Origin: an uncultured Collinsella sp.
Lineage (GTDB): Bacteria; Actinomycetota; Coriobacteriia; Coriobacteriales; Coriobacteriaceae
Assembly: GCA_902475425.1 (NCBI GenBank)
Contig: CABRZJ010000002.1
Span: 2,988-66,987 of the forward strand
Direction: 5' to 3'
Length of the DNA: 64,000 bases
Below, in pieces: positions 23,412 to 32,346 of the stretch. The notes under the pieces are model-generated. The model searched no databases. It saw only the letters and a list, made by a program, of their open reading frames with translations, and was not told where the DNA came from. Position 1 is the stretch's first letter, and each line of letters begins with the position of its first letter. Position numbers and translations under genes: made by a program.

Positions 23412-23537
23412 GCAGGATCTGAGGGCTGACCTTCGCGGACGTCCTCGGACATGAAAGAACCCCCGCTGCGCACTGACGTGCGGCGGGGGTTCTTTCGTCC
23501 TGCGGAGTGTCCGCGAAGGTCAGCCCTCAGATCCTGC
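23412..23537. repeat. Long nested palindrome after nifJ (possibly also a terminator)
   Basis: Perfect 29-bp IR at 23412-23440/23509-23537 enclosing an inner hairpin at 23453-23496. Confidence 0.85.
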
Positions 23538-23772
23538 TACGACTACGTCCTCGGATTGTGTGGCTGAATGGATGACGTGGCTGGTGGGGCCTTTTGTCCC
23601 CTTCGCTGTTTCGCGGCTTTGCCGCGAAACCTCGCGCCACTTTGGGGATGGATGGGGGCGTGGTTGTTGCGGCTTCTTATCCCTTTGCTTTTTCGCGCCT
23701 TTGGCGCGAAACGCGCAGCGCCTTGGGAAATGCATTGATGTGTGGACGGGGCTGGATTGCGGATTCAAATGG

Positions 23773-25134
23773 CTAGAGAGATATGGGTGCGAACGAGAAA
23801 TCGTTATTGGGGTCATCCTTTTCCATAAACTCATCGAGACAAAACGTCATGTAGATTGGAACGTACAGAACCTTGCCCTCTTTGCTGAGATTCTCGTGGC
23901 TTAGTACAACGGCCTCGGGAATTTTGTACTCGCCCACACTCATCAGACGATCGAGGGCCGCGTGCGCTCGAACTTTCTTGCCCGATTTGACCTCGATTGG
24001 GACAACATGCCCGTGGGCGCCTTCGATCACAAAGTCAACTTCACCGACCTCACGCGTTTGGTAGTACCATGCATCCGCCCCAAGGGCAACGAGTTCCTGC
24101 GCGACCACGTTCTCATAGAGACCACCAAGGTTGGGAGTTTTCATATCAAGATAGACAGCGCGTGCAGTGCTGCCGGGGTATCGCGATGCGAGCATGCCTG
24201 TATCAGACTCGTATAGTTTGAAGGCTGTCGTTTTCTCCGTCCTCTTGAGAGGACTCCGTGGCTCCGTCACCCTGGCGACCATCAATCCAACACCTGCGTT
24301 AACAAGCCACAGGAAATCCTGTTCATATTTTTTAAGGCGAGCTCCCTCACCCAGAGACGAAACAACAAAGCGATGAGACTCCGCCTCAAGCTGAACGGGA
24401 ATTTGCTCAAAAATCGACCGAACGTTAAACGCTCGAGTCGATGCATATTTTGAGATATCGCTTTTGTACTGATCGACCAGCTGGGTTTGAAGCTCACGTG
24501 TTCTCACGAGCGAATAACCCGAATCAATATAGTTCTGAACGACCTCCGGCATACCGCCGCAAACGATATAAGCTCTATAGTTCTTGAGCATCGCCTCATG
24601 AATATAGTTTTCGACAGGACGTTTCTCGACAAGGCAGCTGCGAATGCCTGCAAGCACATTCTCGCTGACGCTGTTTGCCCAACAAAACTCTTCAAAATCC
24701 ATCGGGCGCATAACAATGTGCTCTACATACCCCACCGGAAAAGAAGAGATCCCCTTAAACTCAGTCCCAAGCATAGACCCCGAGAAGACATAGCTAAAGC
24801 GCCCATCCTCGACCAACGCCTTCATGAGTGTAACGATCTGCGGATACTCCTGAATCTCATCGACAAAGACAAGCGTATCGCCCTCAACAAGCGGCGCATC
24901 CGCAAGAAGGGCTACGCGGTTGATAAAGTCAACGGAGTTCTTTGCGCCAACAAGTGCATTCCTTGCTTCGACATCGAGTAGTAAATTGACCTCAAAATAC
25001 GAAGCGTAGTTGCTTTTTCCAAACGCGCGAATCGCATAGCTCTTGCCAATCTGACGCGCGCCAGTAACGAGTAATGCCTTATTGGAGTTATTCTTCCAGC
25101 TCAAAAGCCTATCAGTGACCTTACGGCGTAGCAT
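23773..25134 (-). CDS. AAA ATPase with DUF4143-like C-terminal nuclease-like domain
   Basis: Walker A GARQIGKS, Walker B FVDEIQ, GGMPE, KLYESDTG and EVDFV...PIEVKSG. Lower GC than flanks. Confidence 0.88.
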   Translation of the reverse strand: MLRRKVTDRLLSWKNNSNKALLVTGARQIGKSYAIRAFGKSNYASYFEVNLLLDVEARNALVGAKNSVDFINRVALLADAPLVEGDTLVFVDEIQEYPQIVTLMKALVEDGRFSYVFSGSMLGTEFKGISSFPVGYVEHIVMRPMDFEEFCWANSVSENVLAGIRSCLVEKRPVENYIHEAMLKNYRAYIVCGGMPEVVQNYIDSGYSLVRTRELQTQLVDQYKSDISKYASTRAFNVRSIFEQIPVQLEAESHRFVVSSLGEGARLKKYEQDFLWLVNAGVGLMVARVTEPRSPLKRTEKTTAFKLYESDTGMLASRYPGSTARAVYLDMKTPNLGGLYENVVAQELVALGADAWYYQTREVGEVDFVIEGAHGHVVPIEVKSGKKVRAHAALDRLMSVGEYKIPEAVVLSHENLSKEGKVLYVPIYMTFCLDEFMEKDDPNNDFSFAPISL

Positions 25135-25148
25135 TAAACCCCCAAATG

Positions 25149-25232
25149 ACAAAAATTGACAGATAGAATCGCCTAAAATCATACAAAAATTGGCAGATAA
25201 TAATGTCGTAAATATACAAAAATTGGGAGATA
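25149..25232. repeat. Three 17-bp direct repeats ACAAAAATTG(A/G)(C/G)AGATA upstream of the AAA gene
   Basis: Copies at 25149-25165, 25183-25199 and 25216-25232 (period 34 and 33 bp). Confidence 0.85.
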
Positions 25233-25375
25233 GCAAAGGTTCGAATAGGCCTCAAAGCCACTGAAACAGTGCTCTACTTTGCGAAGGGGCTGGGGACGCT
25301 GTTGGATGCGTCTCCAGCCCTCTGATTACTACTTTGGGTCCCGTGGTGGGACTTTGTTGGTGCTACCTGGTTGTT

Positions 25376-25897
25376 TTACCTTGTCTCGCCGCTCTCTGTG
25401 CGTAGGCGGTAGCCGTGGACGAGGTCGCTAATAGCCGGCCAGGGAATCTGGCGGTCGACCCAAAATTGGAGCTGGACCAGATAGCGCTCGGTGGCGCGGG
25501 TGAGGGCAGCGAACTGTTCGTGAGTCTCGACCTGGGCGTAGAGGTCACGGCTGTGGGCGAGGATTGCCGTGGTGTCATCCATTTTGCCGGTGACATCGAA
25601 GGCGCCCGAGAACCAGTCGCACAGGCGCGCGGCACTGTTGTTGATTGTTGCGAGGTCGGCGGTGCCGTCGTTGGCGTTTTCGTTGGCCTGGGCTCGCAGG
25701 AGGGAGAGGGCGTCGGCCGCGTTCATGCAGTAGCCGACGGTGAAGTTCCAGACGGCGAATTCGCGGCCGGTGTCGAGCTTGCGGCGGCGCATGTAGTCGA
25801 TATCGCGCGGTTCCTCGAGCATCATTTGATCGGCGAGGGCTTCAAGTGCAGTGGTGTACTCAGCAAGGTCGAGTGTGAGCAGGGTGTTGATATCCAT
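25376..25897 (-). CDS. Helical protein resembling the cucumopine synthase/McbB C-terminal domain
   Basis: EEPRDI near the N-terminus and C-terminal YLVQLQFWVDRQIPW recall that family. Recognised from memory, not searched. Confidence 0.6.
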   Translation of the reverse strand: MDINTLLTLDLAEYTTALEALADQMMLEEPRDIDYMRRRKLDTGREFAVWNFTVGYCMNAADALSLLRAQANENANDGTADLATINNSAARLCDWFSGAFDVTGKMDDTTAILAHSRDLYAQVETHEQFAALTRATERYLVQLQFWVDRQIPWPAISDLVHGYRLRTESGETR

Positions 25898-25902
25898 TAT
25901 CT

Positions 25903-26319
25903 TTAGGCCTCCGCTTCGATCTCGACGATTTCGTTTTTGATGTACATGCCCTGGTTGTCCCAGACATTGCGGCAGGCGGCGGCAAAACGCTTGCGGTCGG
26001 CTTCGCAGATGCGGGCGAACATGTTGCAGGTGCCAAAGGGCTCGCACACGTCAAAGAAAATGCAGATTGACGACCATCCGCCATACCAGCTCACGGCGCC
26101 CGCCGGCTCGTGAAAGACGGGGTTCTCGATGTGCTCGTAATTGGCGATGGGACCCGATACGGGATAGGTTACCTCGGCATCGCAGATCTTAGCCGAAAAG
26201 ATACGTGATTCGACCGGACAGGACGATTCGAACAGCTTGCATGCCTCGGGAGCCTTGTCCCAGAGCATGTCGGCGAGAAACGTCTCGCCATTCAGCGTGA
26301 TCTTGAGCATTTTTGTCAT
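25903..26319 (-). CDS. DUF3830-like (cyclophilin-like fold) protein
   Basis: LWDKAPEAC, AKICDAEV, ENP and ICIFF pattern. GAGGAGG RBS. Confidence 0.7.
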   Translation of the reverse strand: MTKMLKITLNGETFLADMLWDKAPEACKLFESSCPVESRIFSAKICDAEVTYPVSGPIANYEHIENPVFHEPAGAVSWYGGWSSICIFFDVCEPFGTCNMFARICEADRKRFAAACRNVWDNQGMYIKNEIVEIEAEA

Positions 26320-26921
26320 AGTAAGGACCTCCTCAATCCGTCGCTCAAGGGGCTCGCTGGCGGATAAGGAGAAGACAGCAGCGGGGTCGCCGAACCCAAA
26401 CTTCACGACAGATCTCTGTCGCCCCAGCCCGCGCTGTTCTTCGCTAAAGTACCATGCCGCAATTGCGCGTGCAATAACAGTTTTTGATTTTCTGGAAGCG
26501 GCAATCGACGAGACGGCTCGCCGGCTGCCGGCCGACGCGCGGCATAGGCACTCGTCTATTCCTTATGCTGGATGAAAAACGCCATGTTATTGCAGGGCTG
26601 CATACTCGTCCAATAAGTGCATAGAATCTCGTATAGTGCGAGTAAGATTTTGCGCTGTCTGTTTTGTGTTTAGCAAAGATATAGTTTGCATAATCTGGTC
26701 TAATCCCTGCTCTATTTAAATAAAGTTGCACGTAAATGGCGTAGATATACCTGAACTGGGCTTCTTTACGCTGAGCGGGTAAAATCGACCGTTCGCCGCT
26801 TAGGTATTTTCAAAATGAATAAAATGAGCGATAAAGAGAATATAAACTTTAATAAACTCGCGTATCGCACGGACGCGGGTTATTAATGGGTTGTAGGCCT
26901 TTTACAGAAAGGATTCCAGCA

Positions 26922-27884
26922 ATGTCTAAGCCTCTTGGCAAGCCCGATCGTATTGTCGTCGCCCTCGGCGGCAACGCCCTCGGCAACAACCCCGTCGAGC
27001 AGATCGAGGCCGTGAGCAACACCGCCCACGCTCTCCTCGGTCTCATCGAGCAGGGCAACGAGATCATCATCACCCACGGCAACGGCCCGCAGGTCGGCAT
27101 GATTCAGAACGCCTTCGCCGCTGCCCACGATGCCATCGGTACCCCCGAGATGCCGCTGCCCGAGTGCGGCGCCATGTCCCAGGGCTACATCGGCTATCAC
27201 CTGCAGCAGGGCATCGGCCGCGAGATGCACAAGCGCTATAAGCGTTGGCACGCCGCCACTGTCGTCACCCAGATCGAGTGCGACCCGGATGATCCCGCGT
27301 TCAAGAACCCGACCAAGCCGATCGGCCCCTTCTACACCGAGGAGCAGGCCAAGGAGTTCATGGCCGAGGATCCCTCCAAGGTCTTCGTCGAGGATTCCGG
27401 CCGCGGCTGGCGTCGCGTCGTCGCTTCCCCCGATCCCAAGAAGATCGTCGAGGCTGACTCCATCCTCAACCTGCTCGACAACGAGTTCATCGTCATCGCC
27501 TGCGGTGGCGGCGGCATCCCCGTCGTCCGCGACTACGAGAACAAGGGCTGCTACAAGGGCGTTCCCGCCGTCATCGACAAGGACCTGGGCGGCGAGCTGC
27601 TGGCCGAGGACTGCGACGCTGACGTTCTGTTCCTGCTGACCGCCGTTGAGCATGTTGCCATCAACTTTGGCAAGCCCAACCAGGAGGAGCTCGAGGACCT
27701 CACCGCCGACGAGGCCGAGCGCCTGGCCGACGAGGGCCAGTTCGGCAAGGGTTCCATGGAGCCCAAGGTTCGCGCTGCCATCAAGTTTGCCCGTTCCCGC
27801 AAGGGCCGCACCTGCATCATCGGCGCTCTGGACAAGGCCGCCGAGACCATGGCTGGCCTCTCCGGTACCCGCATTCACGAGTAG
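26922..27884 (+). CDS. arcC: Carbamate kinase
   Basis: VVALGGNAL, THGNGPQVG, PTKPIGPFY, GWRRVVASP, AVIDKD and GSMEPKV. Confidence 0.96.
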   Translation: MSKPLGKPDRIVVALGGNALGNNPVEQIEAVSNTAHALLGLIEQGNEIIITHGNGPQVGMIQNAFAAAHDAIGTPEMPLPECGAMSQGYIGYHLQQGIGREMHKRYKRWHAATVVTQIECDPDDPAFKNPTKPIGPFYTEEQAKEFMAEDPSKVFVEDSGRGWRRVVASPDPKKIVEADSILNLLDNEFIVIACGGGGIPVVRDYENKGCYKGVPAVIDKDLGGELLAEDCDADVLFLLTAVEHVAINFGKPNQEELEDLTADEAERLADEGQFGKGSMEPKVRAAIKFARSRKGRTCIIGALDKAAETMAGLSGTRIHE

Positions 27885-27949
27885 TCTCTACTCTGTTGCC
27901 TCTCTCGTGGGCGCCAGGCAAAGCGCCCACAAACTAGCCTCTCTTCATG

Positions 27950-27982
27950 AGCCCCGCAGTCCGCTCCGACTGCGGGGCTTTT
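27950..27982 (+). terminator. Intrinsic terminator after arcC
   Basis: 12-bp stem AGCCCCGCAGTC/GACTGCGGGGCT followed by a T run. Confidence 0.75.
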
Positions 27983-28018
27983 GCTATTCACCTAGTCATT
28001 GGGGACATTCTTAAACGA

Positions 28019-29020
28019 CTAGTAGTAGGCCCACATGGCTTCGACTTCGTTGAGGACCTCTACGACGCCCCAGCGACGGGCGCTGCGGCTGGCCGAGTTG
28101 GGGTCGTAGACGCCAATCTGGTTGGCATCGTCGATGCCGTAGAGCACGATGTAGTGGCCTACGTTGGTAAACGTACCGGGGCGCACTGCGGCGATGACGG
28201 GCGCACCCGAGCGAAGTGCTTGGGTAATCGATTCGCGATCGTTATAGAGCTGTGTTCCGTTGAGCCCCAGCTGCCACGCACCGCCTGTCATAAACGACCA
28301 CTCGGTGGCACCAGTGGGGGCGTAGTTGCCGGCTTCGGCCAGTGCGCATATATCGACCGGCGTCTTATCGGCGTGGCCGGTCTTAAAGATATAGACCATG
28401 GTGAGGCAAGTGGGACCGCAAGCGTTTTCGCGAATAGTGCCACCGGCATAGGGCAGCTCCGACCATGCGGGGTCAATTTGGTAGATGTGGGGCATGGTGC
28501 CGGCCTGCCATTGCGAGCGTGGGGTCGAGAACGCAAAGGAGTAACCGGGCGCGACGGGAGCTTTAAGCAGCCTGTCCTCGGCAGTGGGCTCAAGACCGGC
28601 TGATCCGTGGGAGATACAGGATCCCAAAAACACAAAGACGAGGCAGGCGGCAATGGAGCAAAGCGCAAGGCGTAGGCGGCGGGCCGGAAGCGCATGGCTT
28701 GTGGTGCGCGACGCGGAGCGAGGGGCGGAATTGCCGCGATCGCGTTGAGGTCGCGAAAAGGAGCGTTTAACGTAGTAGTCGGTCTTACGGCGATCGTAGC
28801 GGCGCGGCTGCGATGAGTCGGTCTGGCGTTGGCGCGTGCTCGTGCTCACGCGGTCTGACTGCTGCACGGTACGGCTTTGTTGCCGCGAAGAAGCCCCGGG
28901 CTGCTCTTGGGAGCGCTGCGGGTTGTCGTTGTCGGGGGTGCTTCTGGGCGTTGGCGTGGTGCGGCCGGCAAGGCGCACGCTTTGTGGCCGTTGGTCGCCG
29001 TCATTGTATCCGTATGCCAT
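28019..29020 (-). CDS. C39-like cysteine peptidase, membrane anchored
   Basis: YQIDPAW, CGPTCL, GHYIVL and VYDP, after a disordered basic N-terminus and a TM helix. Confidence 0.85.
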   Translation of the reverse strand: MAYGYNDGDQRPQSVRLAGRTTPTPRSTPDNDNPQRSQEQPGASSRQQSRTVQQSDRVSTSTRQRQTDSSQPRRYDRRKTDYYVKRSFSRPQRDRGNSAPRSASRTTSHALPARRLRLALCSIAACLVFVFLGSCISHGSAGLEPTAEDRLLKAPVAPGYSFAFSTPRSQWQAGTMPHIYQIDPAWSELPYAGGTIRENACGPTCLTMVYIFKTGHADKTPVDICALAEAGNYAPTGATEWSFMTGGAWQLGLNGTQLYNDRESITQALRSGAPVIAAVRPGTFTNVGHYIVLYGIDDANQIGVYDPNSASRSARRWGVVEVLNEVEAMWAYY

Positions 29021-29202
29021 TCGAATCACCTTGCCTCATGTGTAACTTGTCTATCCTACATAAAAAGATGCACGACACATGGGTATGTGCGCCAAAAGCC
29101 TGACAAATGGTATGAACGTTGTCGCGCCGCGCGCCAAGCGTCACGGCAACAGGTATTCAAAAGCAGACAAGATGAAAGCGTCCAAGACGAATGACGTCTT
29201 CC

Positions 29203-29233
29203 GCCGTTCGTCCCAAAAACGGTGCCGCTCGTT
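29203..29233 (+). promoter_or_regulatory. Candidate LytTR-type direct-repeat binding site
   Basis: GCCGTTCGTC-N11-GCCGCTCGTT (21-bp period) upstream of the APC permease. LytTR regulators are encoded nearby. Confidence 0.4.
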
Positions 29234-29374
29234 TTGCAGTTCTGCCTTCGGTCGAGCTGCGAGCGGCGCTGCTGCGCCAAGGCCGTATCTTAAAGCCATG
29301 GAATAAAAGCGCGCGGCAAAACGGACCGCGCAAGGGGTGACGCCAAGGGCGTCAAAAAGGAAAGGAGGGGAACA

Positions 29375-30826
29375 ATGGCGGACAAGAACGCAGAAGTTGC
29401 AGTCGAGGATAACGGCGGCATGAAGAAAACGCTTTCGCTCTGGAACTTCTTCACCATCGGTTTCGGTGCCATTATCGGTACCGGTTGGGTTCTGCAGGTC
29501 GGCGACTGGATGGTCGTGGGCGGCGGTCCCGTTCCCGCTATGATCGCATTCCTCTTGGGTGCAATCTTCCTCGTGCCCGTCGGAGCTGTTTTCGGTGAGC
29601 TCACGGCTGCTATCCCCATCTCGGGCGGCATCGTCGAGTATGTCGATCGTAGCTTTGGCCGTACGCTGAGCTACATCACCGGATGGCTTTTGGCTCTGGG
29701 CAACGGTATCCTGTGCCCGTGGGAGGCCATCGCCATTTCGACCCTCGTGTCCGAGATGTTCGGCAGCCTGCCCGGTCTTGAGTGGCTGCGCGCCGTCAAG
29801 CTCTACACCATCCTGGGCGCCGACGTTTACCTGTTCCCGACGCTGATCGCGCTCGGCTTTGCAGCCTACGTCATCTTCCTCAACTTCCGCGGTGCCAGCT
29901 CGGCCGCCAAGCTCCAGGCCTTCCTGACCAAGGCCCTGCTCTGCGGCATGCTGCTCGCCATGGGCGTCTCGCTGTTCACCGGCTCGCCGGACAACGCCAT
30001 GCCCGTGTTCTCCCAGGTCACCGGCGCTGGCGGCGGCAAGGCCGCTACCGAGGGCGCCAGCCTGTTCGCCGGCATCGTGTCGGTCCTGGTTCTGACCCCG
30101 TTCTTCTATGCCGGTTTCGACACCATTCCTCAGCAGGCTGAGGAAGCAGCCGAGGGCCTCAACTGGAACAAGTTCGGCAAGATCATCTCCCTGGCCCTGC
30201 TGGCCGCCGGCGGCTTCTACATGGTCTGCATCTACTCGTTCGGCACCATCCTCGACTGGCATGAGTTTGTTAAGAGCCCGGTTCCCGCGCTTGCCTGTCT
30301 CAAGGGTATCAACATGCTCCTGTACCTGGCCATGCTCGTCATCGCCACGCTTGGACCCATGGGCCCGATGAACTCCTTCTACGGCGCCACGAGCCGCATC
30401 ATGCTCGCCATGGGCCGCAAGGGCCAACTGCCCGAGAAGTTCGCCGAGGTCGACCCCAAGTCTGGCGCTCCCAAGCTCGCCTGCGTCGTTCTGGGCGTCA
30501 TCACCGTCATCGGTCCGTTCTTGGGCAAGAACATGCTCATCCCTCTGACCAACGTGTCGGCTCTCGCCTTCATCTTCTCCTGCGGTATGGTCGCCCTCGC
30601 CTGCCTGCGCATGCGCTTTACCGAGCCCGACCTGCCTCGTCCCTACGAGGTGCCCGGCGGCAAGTTTGGCATCGGCCTCGCTATCGCTGCCTGCGCCATC
30701 ATCATCGGCCTGCTCGTGATTCCGTTCTCTCCTGCCTCCCTCAACATGGTGGAGTGGAGCATCGTGATCGGCTGGTTGGCTATTGGCCTGGCCCTCATGG
30801 CTTTCACCAATTCCCGCAAAAAGTAA
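29375..30826 (+). CDS. APC-family amino acid permease
   Basis: GAIIGTG, FGEL...P.SGG, YAGFD, SRIMLAMGR and RPYEVPGG. About 12 TM helices. Confidence 0.93.
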   Translation: MADKNAEVAVEDNGGMKKTLSLWNFFTIGFGAIIGTGWVLQVGDWMVVGGGPVPAMIAFLLGAIFLVPVGAVFGELTAAIPISGGIVEYVDRSFGRTLSYITGWLLALGNGILCPWEAIAISTLVSEMFGSLPGLEWLRAVKLYTILGADVYLFPTLIALGFAAYVIFLNFRGASSAAKLQAFLTKALLCGMLLAMGVSLFTGSPDNAMPVFSQVTGAGGGKAATEGASLFAGIVSVLVLTPFFYAGFDTIPQQAEEAAEGLNWNKFGKIISLALLAAGGFYMVCIYSFGTILDWHEFVKSPVPALACLKGINMLLYLAMLVIATLGPMGPMNSFYGATSRIMLAMGRKGQLPEKFAEVDPKSGAPKLACVVLGVITVIGPFLGKNMLIPLTNVSALAFIFSCGMVALACLRMRFTEPDLPRPYEVPGGKFGIGLAIAACAIIIGLLVIPFSPASLNMVEWSIVIGWLAIGLALMAFTNSRKK

Positions 30827-30957
30827 CGCCTAGCCGGGGCGGATCGGGTGCGCGGGGCCCTCTCTCCCGCGCACCGAACCCGGCACCACTTGGGTAGCTT
30901 TGTGAGGCCTTAACCCAACACGGCCTCGCCCACTATATGGATCCATAAGGAGGAACC

Positions 30958-32235
30958 ATGTCCACTAAGTATGCAATCGTTGGCGGCAAGCTCATCGACG
31001 GTACCGGTGCCGAGCCGGTCGAGAACTCCCTCGTCCTCGTCGACGACAACGGCAAGATCGAGTACGCCGGCGCTATGCAGGACCTTCCCGAGGGCGTTGA
31101 GGTCATCGACGCCGCCGGCAAGACCGTCCTTCCCGGCCTGATCGACACTCACCTGCACTTCTCGGGCAACCTGACCGACGATGACACCGATTGGGTCATG
31201 CAGCCGCTCCTCGAGAAGCAGGCCGTCGCCGTCAAGCAGGCCTACGACTGCCTCACCCACGGCCTCACCACCGTCTGTGAGATCGGCCGCTTTGGTATCC
31301 AGATCCGTGACTGCATCGACAAGGGCGTCTTTAAGGGCCCGCGCGTTCTGGCCACCGGCCTCGGTTTCTGCCGCGTTGCCGGCCACGGTGACTCCCACCA
31401 CTGCACCCAGGAGCTCAACAAGGAATCCCATCCCTGGGGCGACCAGGTCGACGGTCCTTGGGATCTGCGCAAGGCCGTCCGTCGTCGCCTGCGCGAGAAC
31501 CCCGATGCCATCAAGATCTGGGCTACTGGTGGCGGCATCTGGCGCTGGGACTCCGGTCGCGACCAGCACTATTGCTCCGAGGAGATCCAGGCCGTGGTCG
31601 AAGAGGCAAAGATGGTCGGCATCCCCGTGTGGAGCCACTGCTACAACAACCATGCCGCTGCCTACGATTCCGTTCGCTTTGGCTGCGAACAGCTGATTCA
31701 CGGTTTCGATATCGATGAGCGTACCATGGACCTCATGGCCGAGCAGGGCACCTTCTTCACCCCGACGATCGCCTTCCTGCCCACCTGGTACGCCACCTAT
31801 CCGCCCGTCTACGTCCCCGAGCTGCACGACAAGTACGAGGGCACCCTGGTCGAGAAGGAGCTGCAGCGCAACTACGACTGCCTGCGCGAGGCCAAGAAGC
31901 GCGGCGTCGTCATGACGATCGGCTCCGACTCCTTCTCCTTCGTCACCCCGTACGGCACCTGCTCCATCGAGGAGATGTACGAGTTCGTCGACAAGATCGG
32001 CTTCACCCCGGTCGAGACCATCACCTGCGCCACCCTCAACGGTGCCAAGATGTGCCACATCGAGGACGAGACCGGTTCCATCGAGGCCGGCAAGTGCGCC
32101 GACCTGCTGGTCGTCAACGGTGACGTCGCCGCCGACATCCACGTGCTCAACACCGACAACATGGACGTCATCATGAAGGACGGCTGGATCGTCGAGGCTG
32201 GCACCTTTGGCGAGGCCAACAAATACAGCGCCTAA
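30958..32235 (+). CDS. Metal-dependent amidohydrolase (Xaa-Pro dipeptidase-like subgroup)
   Basis: PGLIDTHLH, IKIWATGG, WSHC, IHG, GSD and GSIEAGKCAD. Confidence 0.9.
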   Translation: MSTKYAIVGGKLIDGTGAEPVENSLVLVDDNGKIEYAGAMQDLPEGVEVIDAAGKTVLPGLIDTHLHFSGNLTDDDTDWVMQPLLEKQAVAVKQAYDCLTHGLTTVCEIGRFGIQIRDCIDKGVFKGPRVLATGLGFCRVAGHGDSHHCTQELNKESHPWGDQVDGPWDLRKAVRRRLRENPDAIKIWATGGGIWRWDSGRDQHYCSEEIQAVVEEAKMVGIPVWSHCYNNHAAAYDSVRFGCEQLIHGFDIDERTMDLMAEQGTFFTPTIAFLPTWYATYPPVYVPELHDKYEGTLVEKELQRNYDCLREAKKRGVVMTIGSDSFSFVTPYGTCSIEEMYEFVDKIGFTPVETITCATLNGAKMCHIEDETGSIEAGKCADLLVVNGDVAADIHVLNTDNMDVIMKDGWIVEAGTFGEANKYSA

Positions 32236-32346
32236 ACTACCGTTCATCGACGACTGGATGTAAAACACAGTATTTGATTGCATAATGCAATGGAGAGGGT
32301 CGCTTGCGGCCCTCTTTATTGCTATGGGTGCGATAGATAAAAGGGG

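Noticed and set aside
25149..25232. CRISPR array
   Set aside because: Only three degenerate 17-bp units with 16-17-bp spacers, and no cas genes in the window. Kept as a regulatory-type repeat.
26444..26731. 95-aa ORF in the arcC upstream spacer
   Set aside because: AT-rich with atypical codons and no RBS. More likely a divergent promoter region.
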